Assembly (NCBI GenBank): GCA_022798335.1
Contig: JAAWMH010000015.1
Location: 7,872-71,871, forward strand
Source: Clostridia bacterium
GTDB taxonomy: Bacteria > Bacillota > Clostridia > TANB77 > CAG-508
Direction: 5' to 3'
Length of the DNA stretch: 64,000 bases
The notes under the pieces are model-generated. The model did not search any database. It saw nothing but the letters and a program-made list of their open reading frames with translations, and had not been told where the DNA came from. Made by a program: the position numbers and the translations under genes. This document shows, piece by piece, positions 24,027 to 34,420 of this stretch. How positions within the stretch are numbered: the first letter of the stretch is position 1; every line of letters starts with the position of its first letter.

Positions 24027-25088
24027 TTATTTAGTAATAATGCAAATATCTTGTGTTGGATTAGATAATCTTATTTTTTCTGATTCTATAATATTTAAAA
24101 TAGCTTCATTAACATTTGTTCTAAAGTTTAAATAATCATTATATACTGTTATACTTGTATACACAATTACTAAAATATTGATACCATCTTCTAAAATGCT
24201 ATTACATTCTACAACAATACTTTCTTTTTGGATATCTTTATTATGCCCTAATACAAATTTAATTCTATTGATTAGAGTTTCTACTGTATCTGAATTAGTT
24301 TGTAGAGGAAGTTTTATATTAAAGCTATACCTCCTTTTTTCCATTTTTGCATAATTGATAACTGCTTCTTCTGTTAGCTTTGCATTTGGTACTGTAACAA
24401 AGGTATCTTCTACTGTCTTTATTTTAGTGCTTCTAAAAGTAATGTCTACTACTGTTCCTTCATAATCTTTTGTTTGAATCCAGTCTCCTACTACAAATGG
24501 TTTATCTAACAAAATAGAGGCTCCTGCTAGTAAGCTTTTTGCAATATCTTGTGCTGCTAATGCAATTACTACACTTCCTAATCCTAGCCCTGCTATTAGT
24601 CCATTTAAGTCATACCACCTAGAAATAATAATAATTCCTGCTATTACATAAATAACTGCTTTTGCTATTTTCCCTGTAAAATTAGCTAAGGTTTGGTTTC
24701 CTTTTATTCTGTTACTCTTTCCTACTTTTTGCATTAACATAGAGTTTGGTTCGAATATATTTGCTAATCCTTTTGCTATAATACAAATAACTGCAATTTC
24801 TATAAAATGATATACAAAATTCATTATATCTTTTGGCAATTCTAAAATAACTAATGCTAAGTAAATTCCTAATACAATAATCGCTGCTTTTACTGGATGA
24901 TAAAAAGCATTTGCCTTTATTTTTTTCTTATCTTTTTCTTTCCATTTAAAAATTTTAATAATAAAATAGGAAACTCCTGAACTAATAATACAAAATATAA
25001 CAACTATCATCACAGCAATACATATATCTATAATTTTTTCTGTAGTCAAATTTTGAAAAAATTTTATAAATTCGTTAATTTGGTTCAC
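24027..25088 (-). CDS. mechanosensitive ion channel (MscS family)
   Basis: 3 TM + MscS beta-domain (VVGDWIQTKDYEGTVVDITFRSTKIKT). Confidence 0.85.
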   Translation of the reverse strand: MNQINEFIKFFQNLTTEKIIDICIAVMIVVIFCIISSGVSYFIIKIFKWKEKDKKKIKANAFYHPVKAAIIVLGIYLALVILELPKDIMNFVYHFIEIAVICIIAKGLANIFEPNSMLMQKVGKSNRIKGNQTLANFTGKIAKAVIYVIAGIIIISRWYDLNGLIAGLGLGSVVIALAAQDIAKSLLAGASILLDKPFVVGDWIQTKDYEGTVVDITFRSTKIKTVEDTFVTVPNAKLTEEAVINYAKMEKRRYSFNIKLPLQTNSDTVETLINRIKFVLGHNKDIQKESIVVECNSILEDGINILVIVYTSITVYNDYLNFRTNVNEAILNIIESEKIRLSNPTQDICIITK

Positions 25089-25731
25089 CTTCTTTTCTCC
25101 TTTCTATTAAATGTAAAAAACATAGTAAATATGCTATTGAAAAGCAAAATCCCCCTATTACGTCACTTGCATAATGTACACCTAAATAAATTCTACTTAT
25201 TCCAATTCCTATAATTAGCAACATGAAAATGGTTACCAAACTCCATTTTATAATTGGTTTTTTTACTCTTTTTATCATCCAATATACAATTAGTCCATAA
25301 AAAGCCATACTTATCATAGAATGACCTGATGGGAAACTATAGCCACTTTCTGTAATTAGTCTAAATTCTTCTGGTCTTGGTCTATTAAAAACAATCTTAA
25401 GAATTTGATTTAAAATAGTAATCATCATTAAATTTATTGTCATGTATTTAGCATATTTTTTGTATCCTGTACAAAAACTTGTAAAAATAATAGAAATAAG
25501 TGTAATTCCAGAACCTAAAACAGTAAATAATTTCATAACTATAGTAGTTGGCTGTGCCTTTATACTTATTATTTTGCTATATACTACTTCATCAAAATAT
25601 GTTTTTTGTGCCATAAAAACATATCCAATTACCCAACTTAGTAATACTACACTTATTACTAGTAATATCCACTTCTTGTTTTTGACTATAGCTTCTTTCA
25701 TGATTTCTCCTTTGTAATTATTTTCTTGCAA
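25075..25731 (-). CDS. PAP2-family phosphatase (membrane)
   Basis: KxxxxxxRP ... PSGH ... SRxxxxxHxxxD motifs (RPRPEEF, SFPSGHS, GVHYASDVIGG). Confidence 0.8.
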   Translation of the reverse strand: MQENNYKGEIMKEAIVKNKKWILLVISVVLLSWVIGYVFMAQKTYFDEVVYSKIISIKAQPTTIVMKLFTVLGSGITLISIIFTSFCTGYKKYAKYMTINLMMITILNQILKIVFNRPRPEEFRLITESGYSFPSGHSMISMAFYGLIVYWMIKRVKKPIIKWSLVTIFMLLIIGIGISRIYLGVHYASDVIGGFCFSIAYLLCFLHLIERRKEGEPN

Positions 25732-26378
25732 TACATGCTTTTATTTTAATTCCTTGACTAGAAAACATTTCTTCATGCTCTGTTTCAATATTTTCCCAAA
25801 AGTCCTCTTCACTTTTTAAATCTCTGGTTATTTTAGCTATTTGAAATCCTGTTTGTTTAAAATAGATAAGGCTTTCTTCAAATAAATTGTCATCATCTGT
25901 TTTAAAATAAATTGCACCTTCTGACTTTAAAAACTGCTTGTAATGTTCTAATTGTTTTGTATGAGTAAGTCTTTTTTTATGATGTTTTCCTCGTGGCCAT
26001 GGATTACAAAAATTGATATATATCCCATCTACTTGATCTTTCTCATTTAAAATAAGTAATATACGTTCTATATCAAAACGTGTTAATAATACATTATTGA
26101 TTTGCTTATTTTCTTTTTGGTATACTTCTTCTACTTTTCTTTTTGCTAAACCTAGCATTGGGTCTACTAAGTCAATGGCCAAATAGTTATTTTCTGGATG
26201 TTTTAGTGCCTTTTGTGCAATAAAGCTTCCCTTTCCACAACCGAAGTTCTATAAAAAATGGATTTTCTTTATTTTGAAATTCTTCTTTCCATCTACCAAT
26301 TAATTCTTCTGGATGTTCTCTATAAAAAGGGCTTTCTTCTAATTCTTTTCTTGCCCATGGTTTATATCTTATACGCAT
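25718..26378 (-). CDS. trmB: tRNA (guanine46-N7)-methyltransferase TrmB, frame broken by a single-C insertion
   Basis: ORFs 26187-26378 + 25718-26182; removing C at about 26240 (cttCggttgt) restores SAM motif ...FIELGCGKGSFIAQKALKHPENNYLAIDLV... Confidence 0.8.
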
Positions 26379-26545
26379 ATTAAGCTTCCTTTCTTTGGCT
26401 TTTATTGTAACATACTAGCTTACAGTTTACAAGAAAGTTTGTTGGATTTTGTCGGTTTTTTCTTGTATGAAATTCTTTGTATATCATTGCTATTTGTTTT
26501 GTTTTAGTATAAAATATACCTACTTAAGTATAGTAAGGAGAAGTC

Positions 26546-28280
26546 ATGGAAAATAGAAAACGTAAGTTATATGAAGGCGAAAATTTAACAGATTTTAGAG
26601 AGTTAATTAATCGATATGAAAATCGCTATGGCAGTAAAACTGCTTTTATTTATAAAGCTTCTCCTAAATCGGCAGCTCATATTACAATTAGCTATTCGCA
26701 ATTTGCTGAAGATATTAAATCTTTAGCTACTTCTTTTCTTCATTTAGGCTTACAAGGAAAAAAAATAGCTTTAATTGCACCTAATGGCTATGAATGGTGT
26801 ACAAGTTATTTAGCAATTACTACTGCTGATATTTCTATTATTCCTCTTGATAAATCCTTGCCTGAAAATGAAATTAAAAATTTGCTTATCAGAAGTAAAG
26901 CAGATGGTGTCATTTTTGATAAACAATACCTTTCTATTTTTGAAGAAATTTTAAAAGAAAACAATACTTGCCTGCAGCAATATATTTGCATAGATAAAGT
27001 CAAACACGAGGGCTTTTTACAATACTCTTCTTTATGTGAAAATGGCAAAAAACTTTTAAAAAGTGGAGATACTAAATATCAATCTATTACCATAAATCCA
27101 AATAACGTTTCTATTTTACTATTTACTTCTGGTACTACTGCAATTTCTAAATGTGTTGGCTTATCTCAGTTTAATATTTGTAGTGATATTTACGCTCTTT
27201 CTCAAATGACTAACATAAAAAAAGAAGATGTTTTTTTATCTTTTTTGCCTTTGCACCACACTTTTGAATCTACTTGCACCTTTTTATATGGTACTTCTTG
27301 CGGTATTAGTATTGCTTTTTGTGATGGTTTAAAATATGTACAAAAAAATTTAGTAGAATTTCAAATAACTGGTCTTGTTTGTGTTCCTCTAATGCTTGAA
27401 ATTATGTACAAAAAAATACAAAAAGGTGTTGAAGAACACGGTAAAACTGGACTTGTTAAATTCATGCGAAAGGTTTGCAATTTCTTGCTTAAATTTGGTA
27501 TTGATATTAGAAGAAAAGTATTTCATGATATTTTGGCTAAATTTGGTGGGAAACTTCGTATCTTAATTGCTGGTCGGAGCTCCTATGAATAAAGAAGCTA
27601 TTCAAGGCTTTGTAGATTTAGGAATTAATTTATTACAAGGTTATGGTTTAACAGAGACCTCTCCTGTTCTTGCTGGTGAAAATGATAAATATAAAAAAGC
27701 TGGCAGTGTTGGTTTTCCGCTTCCTGGTATTGATGTACAAATTGCTAATCCTAATCAAGAAGGCATTGGTGAAATTATAGCAAAGGGTCCTACTATTATG
27801 CATGGCTATATAGATAATGAAGAAGCTACTTGTGATGTTTTAAAAGATGGTTGGTTTTATACAGGAGATTTAGGCAAATTTGATAAAAATGGCTTTTTAT
27901 TTGTTACTGGCAGAAAAAAGGATGTTATTGTTTTGAAAAATGGAAAAAATATTTTTCCAGAAGAGCTAGAAATTTTAATCAATAGTCTTCCTTATGTAGC
28001 TGAAAGTATTGTTTATGGAAAACCTATTTTACGAGCTGATGATTTAAGCATTTGCGCTAAAATTGTTTATAACCTAGATGCTATGAAAGAATTATTTCCT
28101 GATAAAAATGCTAATGATTATCATTCTATTATTTTGAAAGACATTAAAGAAAAAATTAATAAATCTATGCCTGTTTATAAATATATACGTGAAATTATTG
28201 TAACAGATGAACCTTTGATTAAAACGACTACTCAAAAGATTAAAAGACATGAGGAATTAAAAAGAATTTTAGGAAATTAA
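26546..28280 (+). CDS. long-chain-fatty-acid--CoA ligase (AMP-binding enzyme family), frame broken by a single-C insertion
   Basis: ORFs 26546-27592 + 27567-28280; AMP-binding motifs (LLFTSGTTA, YGLTET, TGDLG); removing C at 27574 (ggtCggagc) gives ...LIAGGAPMNKEAIQGF... Confidence 0.8.
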
Positions 28281-28290
28281 ATTTTTAGAT

Positions 28291-28316
28291 ACCAGCCTTT
28301 ATAAGGTTGGTTTTTA
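28291..28316 (+). terminator. terminator of the acyl-CoA ligase gene (CCAGCC...GGTTGG hairpin + T5)
   Basis: 6-bp stem with G-U wobble, T-run. Confidence 0.5.
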
Positions 28317-28339
28317 ATTTAGATATTTATAATATATTT

Positions 28340-28420
28340 TTAATGTTTCTTCTTCTTGAAAGAATGTTTCAAATCTTGTTTAAATTTAGGAAGATATCTT
28401 ATTTTGTATTTACTCTTCAT
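28340..28420 (-). pseudogene. remnant of RelE/ParE-type toxin gene (26 codons only: MKSKYKIRYLPKFKQDLKHSFKKKKH-stop), start overlapping the antitoxin stop (ATGAAGAGTAA)
   Basis: classic TA overlap geometry downstream of Phd/YefM gene; ORF terminates after 26 aa, rest of toxin absent. Confidence 0.4.
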
Positions 28421-28694
28421 CTTTTATCATCCTCCTCACTTCTGAAAAAATTTCTTGATGAGTATGTCTAATATCGGTAGCATTAGCTTCTTCTTCTGCC
28501 TCATCTAAGGCTTTTTCTATATATTGAGTATACTCTGCCTCTGACATTAACTTTTCATATTTTTTAATACTCATTACTACCATTGTACCATACCCATTTT
28601 TAGTTAAATATACTTCTTCATTTTCCTTTAGTACAATTTTTTCTATTTCAGGATATTTATTTCTTAAATCCGATACAGGTCTAATATTTATCAT
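28410..28694 (-). CDS. type II antitoxin, Phd/YefM family (orphan)
   Basis: 94 aa; MINIRPVSDLRNKYPEIEKIV...EVYLTKNGYGTMVVMSIKKYEKL matches YefM fold; tandem TTATCATAA operator-like repeats upstream. Confidence 0.8.
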   Translation of the reverse strand: MINIRPVSDLRNKYPEIEKIVLKENEEVYLTKNGYGTMVVMSIKKYEKLMSEAEYTQYIEKALDEAEEEANATDIRHTHQEIFSEVRRMIKDEE

Positions 28695-28834
28695 CTCTTC
28701 TCTTCCTTTCTATTTTTATATACTTTATCATAATCTTATCATAATTTCAATATGTATTTTATTAAATTAATTTGTTTATTTTGCATAATGCTATGATATG
28801 CTTTTTTGTTATTTTACTAATTGCTATATTTATA

Positions 28835-28866
28835 TCCATTTACCAAAAGCAGCCTCATGATAGAGA
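28835..28866. terminator. hairpin terminator after bofA copy 1 (AAAGCAG...CTGCTTT + T6)
   Basis: 7-bp stem, T-runs both sides. Confidence 0.5.
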
Positions 28867-28889
28867 CTGCTTTTTTATTATATTCTACT

Positions 28890-29150
28890 TTAAATAAAAA
28901 TTTGTATAATTGCTAGTATAATAGCTCCTGGTATTCCCAATATGCCAACAATTAAAGCGGTTATCCAGTTTAAGGCAATTGTAAATCCAAAATTTGCTCC
29001 TACTAAATTAATAAGCCATATGGTAATACCACCAATTACGCCATTTACTACTAATTTTATAATGAGTTTCATTGGCAATGATAATATTTTTAATATGATA
29101 AATAATAATGCTATTGCCACTACAAATGTAATTCCAAATTGTAACGTCAT
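28890..29150 (-). CDS. bofA: pro-sigmaK processing inhibitor BofA (copy 1)
   Basis: 86 aa, 2 TM, conserved GILGIPG motif; start overlaps upstream ORF stop (ATGA). Confidence 0.8.
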   Translation of the reverse strand: MTLQFGITFVVAIALLFIILKILSLPMKLIIKLVVNGVIGGITIWLINLVGANFGFTIALNWITALIVGILGIPGAIILAIIQIFI

Positions 29151-30658
29151 TCTCCCACCTCCATTTGTCCATTTTTCTCTTCTTTATCTACTTTAATCTC
29201 TCCTTGTTGTAGATTAGTGCCTTGACCTCCTAATGCTTTTTGGGTTGCTCTAAGACTATCTAAAAACTCTTGTCTTTCTGTTTGTGCTCTTTTTGCTCTT
29301 TCATCTTCATTTGTAAAAAATGCAAAATATTCTTTGTCATATTCTTGCATTGCTCTTTGTAAACGTTTCCATAAATTCTTTATAAATCTTACGTCATAAT
29401 ACTCTTTAAATTTATCTTTTTGCTCTGTTATAAAAAAGTTACCTATTTCTTGTTTTGCTCTGCCTCCACAGCCTAAAAAATTAGCAAATCGAATGATTCG
29501 AATCGGATTATTATATGTTCTATACCCAACACTTCTCTTTGTAATTTGTCTTCCTCCTTCATGCGTAAAAGTAATATTGGTTTCTGGAACGTGGTCTCTT
29601 GGATCTTCATAAGTTATATGACACATATAACTTATTTCATTATCAGCTACATAATCAAAACTAATTGATGACTCTGCCTCACGTTCTAATTCTTTTAACT
29701 GCTGTAGCATTAAATAAACTGGCAATCTTCTGTCTGGAACATATCTTTGGCTTGGTGGCATGTTATAGTCTATAAATTTATCTAGCATTTCATCTGTAAC
29801 TACTTCTTCTGCTATTTTTTCTATTTCTGACTTTTTTATTCCTGTTATAGACTTCCATAACCTTTGAAAAACATTTTGCTTTTTACCTGCTAAAACAAGA
29901 GCTGTACTAGTATGTTGTTCTTCTTGTTTTCCTTTTACTGTTCCTTCTGCTTCAATAAAACTATTCCATATTGCTTTATCATAGATTACTTCATCTTCCT
30001 GCTTTGCCTGACTATATAGCTGCATACTTGTTTTAATTTTTTCTCCAAATTCCTTTTTTCTTCCGTTTGTACTACTTAATAGTTCAGTTGCATGGTAGTA
30101 CATAGTTGATTTCATTTCAGCCTGTTCTTGCTCTTCTATTTCGTCTCTTAAGTTTATTTCTCCTTGGTTTGCAACCATTTTTGTTTTAATAATGTGAAAG
30201 TGTACATTAGAAAGAAAATTTTGAACTTGGCTTATTTGTTCTAAAGTACAAGTTCCTTTTGCACTTTCAAAGAGATTTTTTAGATTTCTCCAACCTTCCT
30301 CTGTTTGCTCTATTGTACTTAAACTTAATCCATCTAATAATTCGATACATTTATTTTCAAATGCGCTGATACTACTGTTGGTTTGTTTAACGCTTTTTTC
30401 CTCTTCTACTCGTTGTTCTAACTTATTTAGTTCTCCCATCATATCAATAGATAGTGTTGAACTTGCATCAAATGTTTCTAAAAGTTTATTATAAGATTGC
30501 ATAAGTTCTGTTGCAAGACTTGCATCTACAAAAATAAGTGAGGTTATGTCTCCCTTTAGATTACTCAAATATTTATCATAAATACTTGCTTTCGTTTCTT
30601 GGGTTACTGCAAAACCTTGCTCTAAATTTAATCCAGATTGTTTTTGTGTTTCTCCCAT
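29147..30658 (-). CDS. hypothetical 503-aa cytoplasmic protein (E/K/Q-rich, coiled-coil-like) between rng and bofA
   Basis: long ORF with RBS AAGGAAAAAGGGAG; translationally coupled to bofA; no family recognised. Confidence 0.5.
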   Translation of the reverse strand: MGETQKQSGLNLEQGFAVTQETKASIYDKYLSNLKGDITSLIFVDASLATELMQSYNKLLETFDASSTLSIDMMGELNKLEQRVEEEKSVKQTNSSISAFENKCIELLDGLSLSTIEQTEEGWRNLKNLFESAKGTCTLEQISQVQNFLSNVHFHIIKTKMVANQGEINLRDEIEEQEQAEMKSTMYYHATELLSSTNGRKKEFGEKIKTSMQLYSQAKQEDEVIYDKAIWNSFIEAEGTVKGKQEEQHTSTALVLAGKKQNVFQRLWKSITGIKKSEIEKIAEEVVTDEMLDKFIDYNMPPSQRYVPDRRLPVYLMLQQLKELEREAESSISFDYVADNEISYMCHITYEDPRDHVPETNITFTHEGGRQITKRSVGYRTYNNPIRIIRFANFLGCGGRAKQEIGNFFITEQKDKFKEYYDVRFIKNLWKRLQRAMQEYDKEYFAFFTNEDERAKRAQTERQEFLDSLRATQKALGGQGTNLQQGEIKVDKEEKNGQMEVGE

Positions 30659-30687
30659 TTGAGTAGCTCTCCCTTTTTCCTTTGTTT

Positions 30688-31890
30688 TTAATCATTACTG
30701 CACATGTGCTTTCTTGTCATTTCTAAAAGATCTAATGGTGTAAAACCAATTACTTGTGTTTTAGATCTATCTCTTTTTAATGCTTCTTCTAAAGTTTCTA
30801 ATACTTTTTGTTTTGTTTCTTGCTTCTCCATGTCTATATAATCAATAATAATAATGCCTCCAATATCTCTTAGTCGAAGTTGTTTTGCAATTTCTATACT
30901 TGCTTCTTTATTAACTGTATATACTGTTTGCTCTAAGTCTTTGGTTCCTACATATTTTCCAGAGTTAACATCAATTGCAGTTAAGGCTTCTGTTTTATCA
31001 ATAGTAATAAACCCTCCACACTTTAGCCATATTTTTCGATTACTTGCTTTTTCTAATTCTTTTCCTATTTCATATATTTGCAAAACATTTTCTTGTTTTA
31101 ATTCTAGTTTTACCTTTTTTTCTAAGCCTGTTTCTATTAAAAACTGTTTTACATAGTTTTCTATTTGAGCATGATTTGTTATAATTCTCATTAAGCTTTG
31201 ATCTACTAAGTCTGTTAATAATTTTCCGACTATACCTTCATTTCTATATAATAACTTTGGTTCAAATTTTTCACTTTTTTCGTGTTCTTGTGCTTTTTTC
31301 AGAATTTCTTCATATTGTTTTATTACTCTTACAATATCTTGTTTTATTAGTTCTTCTTGTTTACCCTCTGCAGAAGTTCTTATAATAATTCCATAGCCTT
31401 TTGGCAAGTTTTCTTTTACTAATTCTAAAAGTCTTTTGCGTTCTTCTTCTTTTTCTATTTTTTTGGAAATTGTACAAAATTCTGTATTAGGCATAAGTAC
31501 AATAAATCTTCCAGATAAACTAATATGAGTAGATACTCTTGCTCCTTTTTTGTTTGTGCTATCTCTTTTTACTTGTACTAAAATTGGCATTCCTGAACGA
31601 ATATAATTTTTAATATTATACTTGCTTAAAGTTTCATTTTTGTTTCCTGTTTCGTTACTTATTTTTGGAATTACGTCTTTAATATGAATAAATGTATTTT
31701 TTGTAGTTCCAATATCTACAAATGCTGCTTGCATACCAATTAAAACATTTTCTACTTTTCCTAGATAAATATTACCTTCTAGTCTTTCTTGTCCTTCTCT
31801 TTCTTCATATTTTTCTACTAGTTTGCCATTTTCTACTAGAGCTATTATTTTATTATTTTGTTCGTCTTGGCTTACTATAATTTCTTGCAT
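30688..31890 (-). CDS. rng: Rne/Rng family ribonuclease (RNase G-like, short form)
   Basis: S1 domain + RNase E/G catalytic core (DVNSGKY...; EALKRDRSKTQVIGFTPLDLLEMTRK). Confidence 0.8.
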   Translation of the reverse strand: MQEIIVSQDEQNNKIIALVENGKLVEKYEEREGQERLEGNIYLGKVENVLIGMQAAFVDIGTTKNTFIHIKDVIPKISNETGNKNETLSKYNIKNYIRSGMPILVQVKRDSTNKKGARVSTHISLSGRFIVLMPNTEFCTISKKIEKEEERKRLLELVKENLPKGYGIIIRTSAEGKQEELIKQDIVRVIKQYEEILKKAQEHEKSEKFEPKLLYRNEGIVGKLLTDLVDQSLMRIITNHAQIENYVKQFLIETGLEKKVKLELKQENVLQIYEIGKELEKASNRKIWLKCGGFITIDKTEALTAIDVNSGKYVGTKDLEQTVYTVNKEASIEIAKQLRLRDIGGIIIIDYIDMEKQETKQKVLETLEEALKRDRSKTQVIGFTPLDLLEMTRKHMCSND

Positions 31891-31904
31891 ATACTACCTC
31901 CAGC

Positions 31905-31980
31905 GTCAGTTTCAAGGACATACGTTTAACCAACATTTTTATTCTAAAAATGTCAGTTAAACATACGTCCCTAAACTGAC
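31905..31980. repeat. intergenic repeat element: two inverted copies of the GTCAGTTTAGGGACGTA-type unit (26-nt arms, 25-nt spacer) between pth and rng
   Basis: GTCAGTTTCAAGGACATACGTTTAAC ... GTTAAACATACGTCCCTAAACTGAC; same unit family as 40817-40868 and 60802-60854. Confidence 0.5.
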
Positions 31981-31982
31981 TC

Positions 31983-32540
31983 TTAATTAAATTTATTCAT
32001 AGCAGTGTCTATTCCATTTTTTAAATATTCTATTATTCCTAAAGCTGCCTTTTGAATTCCTTCTTCTAACTTTTTATAAATTTCTTCTTCTATCTTTCCT
32101 ATTACATAATCAATTGCATCATACTCATCTACTGGTTTTCCAATACCCACACGAATACGTGGAAAATCTTCTGAAACAAGTTCATGCACTATTGACTTTG
32201 CTCCATTATGTGTTCCTGGACCACCCTTTTTACGAATTTTAATATCTCCTACTTCTACATCCATATCATCATATATGACCATTACATTTTCCATTGGAAT
32301 TTTATAAAAATCTATAAATGCCTTTACAGATTGTCCACTTAAATTCATAAAAGTTTGTGGTTTTAGCAAGATTACCTTTTGCTTTTCTATTATTCCGCTT
32401 CCATAAATTCCATTAAACTTATTTCTACTTAAATCTATTTCATATTTTTTTGCTAGTTTATTAATCGTATCAAATCCCATATTATGCCTTGTATAACTAT
32501 ATTCTGGCTCTGGATTTCCTAATCCTACAATCAAATACAT
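31983..32540 (-). CDS. pth: peptidyl-tRNA hydrolase
   Basis: MYLIVGLGNPEPEYSYTRHNMGF... canonical Pth, 185 aa. Confidence 0.92.
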   Translation of the reverse strand: MYLIVGLGNPEPEYSYTRHNMGFDTINKLAKKYEIDLSRNKFNGIYGSGIIEKQKVILLKPQTFMNLSGQSVKAFIDFYKIPMENVMVIYDDMDVEVGDIKIRKKGGPGTHNGAKSIVHELVSEDFPRIRVGIGKPVDEYDAIDYVIGKIEEEIYKKLEEGIQKAALGIIEYLKNGIDTAMNKFN

Positions 32541-32619
32541 TATTTTTTACCTCTTATTTTCTTATTATAGCCTGAATTTCTTATGGTGTCAATGAAATAT
32601 AAAAAAATAGCCCTTTGGA

Positions 32620-33285
32620 CTATTTTACATATTTTGCTCTTTTTAAAATGGCTCTCATAATTTGGTTTGACATGTTTTGCATACTTTGTGTTGTTTTTAA
32701 TAAGTGAGACATATTTTCAATTTTTCCAATATTTACTTCTGCTGTTGTTAACTTTAAGTTTGCAATATCTAGTATAATTCCAATATCTACACCATAATCT
32801 TTTTCAAATTCTAATTTTTCTAATATACTCTTTTTACTTGCTATCATACCGCTAAGTGGTTCTGAGAATTGATACATTTCTGGAAATAAAATATTTAGTA
32901 ATGGCTTAGTTGCAATTTCTGTAACTAATCCTCCTTTTGTTCTTTCAAATGTAGATTTTACAAAGTCTATATCGTGTTCTATAATAGGATTTACTAATAA
33001 ATGAATTAAGTTTTTATTATAATCTGTAATATCTGCATCTAGAAATACTACTATTTCATTTTGGGCTACTTTTAGTCCTTCTTCCATTGCATAGCCTTTT
33101 CCTTTTTTATCACTATATACTACTCTAGCCCCTTTATCTGTTGCTATTTGAGTAGTATTATCTGTACAACAATTATTTACAACAATTACTTCACAATCTA
33201 TATTACTTTGTTTTACAATATCTATTACTTGTCCTATTGTTTTTTCTTCGTTGTATGCTGGTATAATAACACTTACAGCTTTCAT
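32620..33285 (-). CDS. family 2 glycosyltransferase
   Basis: SVIIPAYNEE...DAD motif GT-A fold. Confidence 0.75.
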   Translation of the reverse strand: MKAVSVIIPAYNEEKTIGQVIDIVKQSNIDCEVIVVNNCCTDNTTQIATDKGARVVYSDKKGKGYAMEEGLKVAQNEIVVFLDADITDYNKNLIHLLVNPIIEHDIDFVKSTFERTKGGLVTEIATKPLLNILFPEMYQFSEPLSGMIASKKSILEKLEFEKDYGVDIGIILDIANLKLTTAEVNIGKIENMSHLLKTTQSMQNMSNQIMRAILKRAKYVK

Positions 33286-33384
33286 ATTTAATCTCCTTTT
33301 TCGTCCTTAACAGTGGAATTATAGCACATTTCTTAGCCTATTGTCAAATATCTCCCCTTTTCTCATAGAATATTATTATATTTC

Positions 33385-34411
33385 TTATGTTAATATTTGT
33401 ATCCATTCAGCAATAATTCTTTCTCTATCATATTTTCCTTTTTTTACATTCTCTTTTAGTTTATTCTTCAGCTGTATAATATCATCTATTCTTTTTTTAT
33501 AATTCTCACCATCATTTGTCATTTCTAAAATAATACCATTCTCTTTATCTATAATTTGTTTATCTACTCCTGAGAAATTTGTCGTAATGCATGGCACTCC
33601 TAAAATAAGTGCTTCTGAAATTACTAATCCCCAAGCTTCTCTATCAGTTAATAAAGTTAAATAGTCCATTTGTTTTAAATATGGATAAATATTATCTTTA
33701 TATCCTAAAAAATGTACATGTGAGTTTTCTTTAAACCAACTATATATTTCATCAAAAACCTCTTTTGTAAAAGCTGTTCCCAAAACATACCAATCATATA
33801 AAATGTTTCTTTCATCTAAAATATCACATACTTGTCTCATTCTATTAAATCCGTTTATCTTTCGCTATTCGCGAAATACTTATTAAGTTTAATTTCTTAG
33901 AGTCTACTTCTAATTCAACTATTTCTTTTGATTTGCTTATTATTTCATTAGTATCTAAATAATTTTCAATTACTATGCATTTTTTTCGTAATTCTGGATA
34001 TTTAAAAACAATATCATCTTTTACAGCATCACTTACACAAATAAATTTCTCTATATTTTCTATTAAATCTGGATAAAATTCTAAATCTGGAAATGTTTCG
34101 AATAATAAAATATGACACCAATAATAGTATCTCTTTGCTATTACCTTTTTTGCAAATTCTGTAAAGCATCCCTGTTTAGAATGAGAACACCAAATGCAAA
34201 TATCTACAGTAATATTTTCAATACTATTTAGATTAATAATTTGAGCATATTTAGCAATTTCTTTTAGAACTTCTTGTGTAGTTTCTTCTTCATCATAAGC
34301 TACATATATATCAAATTGATTATATATTTTCTTTATTAACTTTAAGATACTATGTTCTGTTCCACCTGCAAAAAATAATTTATAATAAAAAAGTATTCTT
34401 TTTTTCTTCAT
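33385..34411 (-). CDS. family 4 (GT-B) glycosyltransferase, frame broken by a single-C insertion
   Basis: ORFs 33845-34411 + 33385-33840; C-terminal EAWGLVISEALILGVPCITTN motif; removing C at about 33851 (aaaCggattt) fuses ...IAKDKGFNRMRQVCDIL... Confidence 0.75.
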
Positions 34412-34420
34412 CTTTTCTTC

